A DNA stretch of 64,000 nt from Takakia lepidozioides. Taxonomy: Eukaryota > Plantae > Bryophyta. Both the position numbers and the translations under genes were made by a program. Under the pieces are notes generated by a model. It did not search any database. It saw only the letters and a list, made by a program, of their open reading frames with translations, and was not told the DNA's origin. Shown here piece after piece: positions 62,371 to 64,000 of the stretch. Where the stretch lies: contig CM060732.1 in NCBI GenBank assembly GCA_030704615.1, forward strand, positions 23,436,001 through 23,500,000, given 5' to 3'. Each line of letters begins with the position of its first letter. The stretch's first letter is position 1.

Positions 62371-64000
62371 TGTCGCGGCCCTTTGCCTTGAGGGCGGGGG
62401 GGGGGGGGGGGGGTCGGGACACATGAGGGGCTGCCCCTGTGGTGGGGGCAGCGGCAGCGATAGGTATGGGGGGCTGAAGCACCCTTGAGTGTCCAAGGCA
62501 CTCAAGGAGGCGGAGGCGCTCACTAGGTGGAGCCCTGCACACCGGGTTGCGGTGGGGGTGGCTCCACAAGGGGTGGTGGTAGCTTAGCGGGTCTTAGTGG
62601 GGGTGGCATAGGACTCACCATAGGGTGGAGACCTCGTGGTGGGAGTCGTGGGGAGTCTTGGGACTCATCACGGCCCAATGGGGTCGTGGTGAGAGGGCCA
62701 AGACTCACCGCGACTCACCACCGGGAGTCGAGGGTCTTCGTGGTGGTTCGCCATAAAATGGCATGGCTGGTTGTGAAACCCCCGCGGACAGCTACAGAAG
62801 TATATATAGGGAGTAGTAACCCCGAGAACGGTGCAAGCCCGTTGGTGTCCAAAAACTAGTGAGTAAGCAAGCGAGCCGGAAAGCGACCAAAGAGTGGGGA
62901 GCTGTTCCGGACTGCCATCTACAAAAGGGAATTCCACTAGGCCCAAATAGGTGGAGGGTCTTTCGGGAGAGCGTAGGGGACCGTTATGTCCCGGTGAGCA
63001 GCCGAAGCTCCGAGTTGGCCCGGCGGCCAGGTTGGGAGTCAGACGCGCGCATCAAAGTGAGTAACTTGAAGGGGAGCTTACCGAAGTGAGGTGCGCGACA
63101 CTTGGTATCAGAGCTTAGAGTTCAGTACGCGATCGTCCTTGGGATTGGCCTCATCATGGGGTCGGGCAAGCCAAAGCGAAAGCGGAACGGCCCAAAAGAT
63201 GATGACCCTGGTGAGCCCGATGGGGGCGACGTGTCACCGAGGCGGCCGTTTGAGGAAGCGATGCATGCTTCTGAAAATGAGGCCGCGCAAGAGCGGGAGG
63301 AATCTGAGGAGTCGGAGTCCGAGGAATCCTTGAGAGCTCCGACAAACCAACAGATGCCCCCCATGGCGGCAGCCTTTTGGGAAGGGTTGCTGGCGCAGTT
63401 TGGCGGGACATTCAAAGACGTGTTGAAGGCGGCTAATGCCACTTCCACTAAGGCGAAGTTTAAGGTGAAGCCTAAGGAACCCGGCACCTTCGAGGGCGTC
63501 CGAAATCGGAAGGCACTCAACACCTGGCTCTTGGAGCTAGAGCAGTACTTCCGGGCGGCCAAGTTGAGTGACGAGGATTGGGTGGAAGTGGCTCCCACCT
63601 ATTTGAGGGGCTATGCTCAACAATGGTGGCAGAAACGCCTTCACGACCGAGGTCCAAGCCCGGAAACCTTGAGCTGGAGTGGGTTCAAGGAATTGATGAA
63701 GAGACAGTTTGTGCCCCTCAACGCGTCCTGGCTCGCCTGGGACAAGATGAGGAATTTGAAGCAAACAGATGACAGTTTGTGCCCCTCAATGTGCTGTTGC
63801 TCGAAGTCGCGGACATGGCAGAACCAGAAATGGTCTTCAACTTTGTGGCGGGACTGGCCCATGGGCCAGGCGGAAGTTGGAGGAGAAGCCACCCAAGACT
63901 TTGAACGAGGCTATTGAGAGGGCTGAATGTTTCTCAGATGTTCCTAGGGGTGAAAGACAAGGCCGTACGGAGCTGAACCACAAGAAGATTCGGCGGGAAT
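62371..64000 (+). mobile_element. Second Ty3/gypsy element nested in the first: 5' LTR 62371-63100, PBS 63103-63114, gag from 63156 (runs off the window)
   Basis: LTR TGTCGCG...CGCGACA; PBS TGGTATCAGAGC (tRNA-iMet); Retrotrans_gag (PKEPGTFEG..WLLELEQYF..YLRGYAQQWW..F..QF.P); frame disrupted after about 63775. Confidence 0.92.

Overview
Eukaryotic nuclear DNA from a land plant, most likely a non-seed plant (bryophyte-like; inferred from gene and transposon types, not proven). Host genes: a multi-exon TRAF-type zinc-finger gene (-), an SUVR4-like WIYLD/pre-SET/SET/post-SET methyltransferase (-) head-to-head with a double-BTB/BACK gene (+), and an intact PLS-class PPR-DYW RNA-editing factor (-). 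There is also a truncated secreted LRR ORF and a PPR-DYW pseudogene with an inverted C-terminal segment. The rest is largely transposons: an 11.7-kb Mutator-like element (long TIRs, 9-bp TSD, transposase plus Ulp1-like gene), two hAT-type MITEs, CACTA and LINE remnants, and two nested Ty3/gypsy elements, one with a PHD finger after the integrase. Two candidate novel systems stand out. (1) The PPR-DYW terminal exon begins with half of an OSB-type PDF single-stranded-DNA-binding motif. It is preceded by a 582-bp tandem array of split PDF-motif exons that can splice in frame to it, and a second orphan copy of those exons lies about 20 kb away. (2) The MULE is saturated in its TIRs and introns with one short motif family (AGTCYR/YRGACT), reminiscent of the VANDAL/VANC anti-silencing design. 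Exon boundaries were read by eye; no database searches were run.
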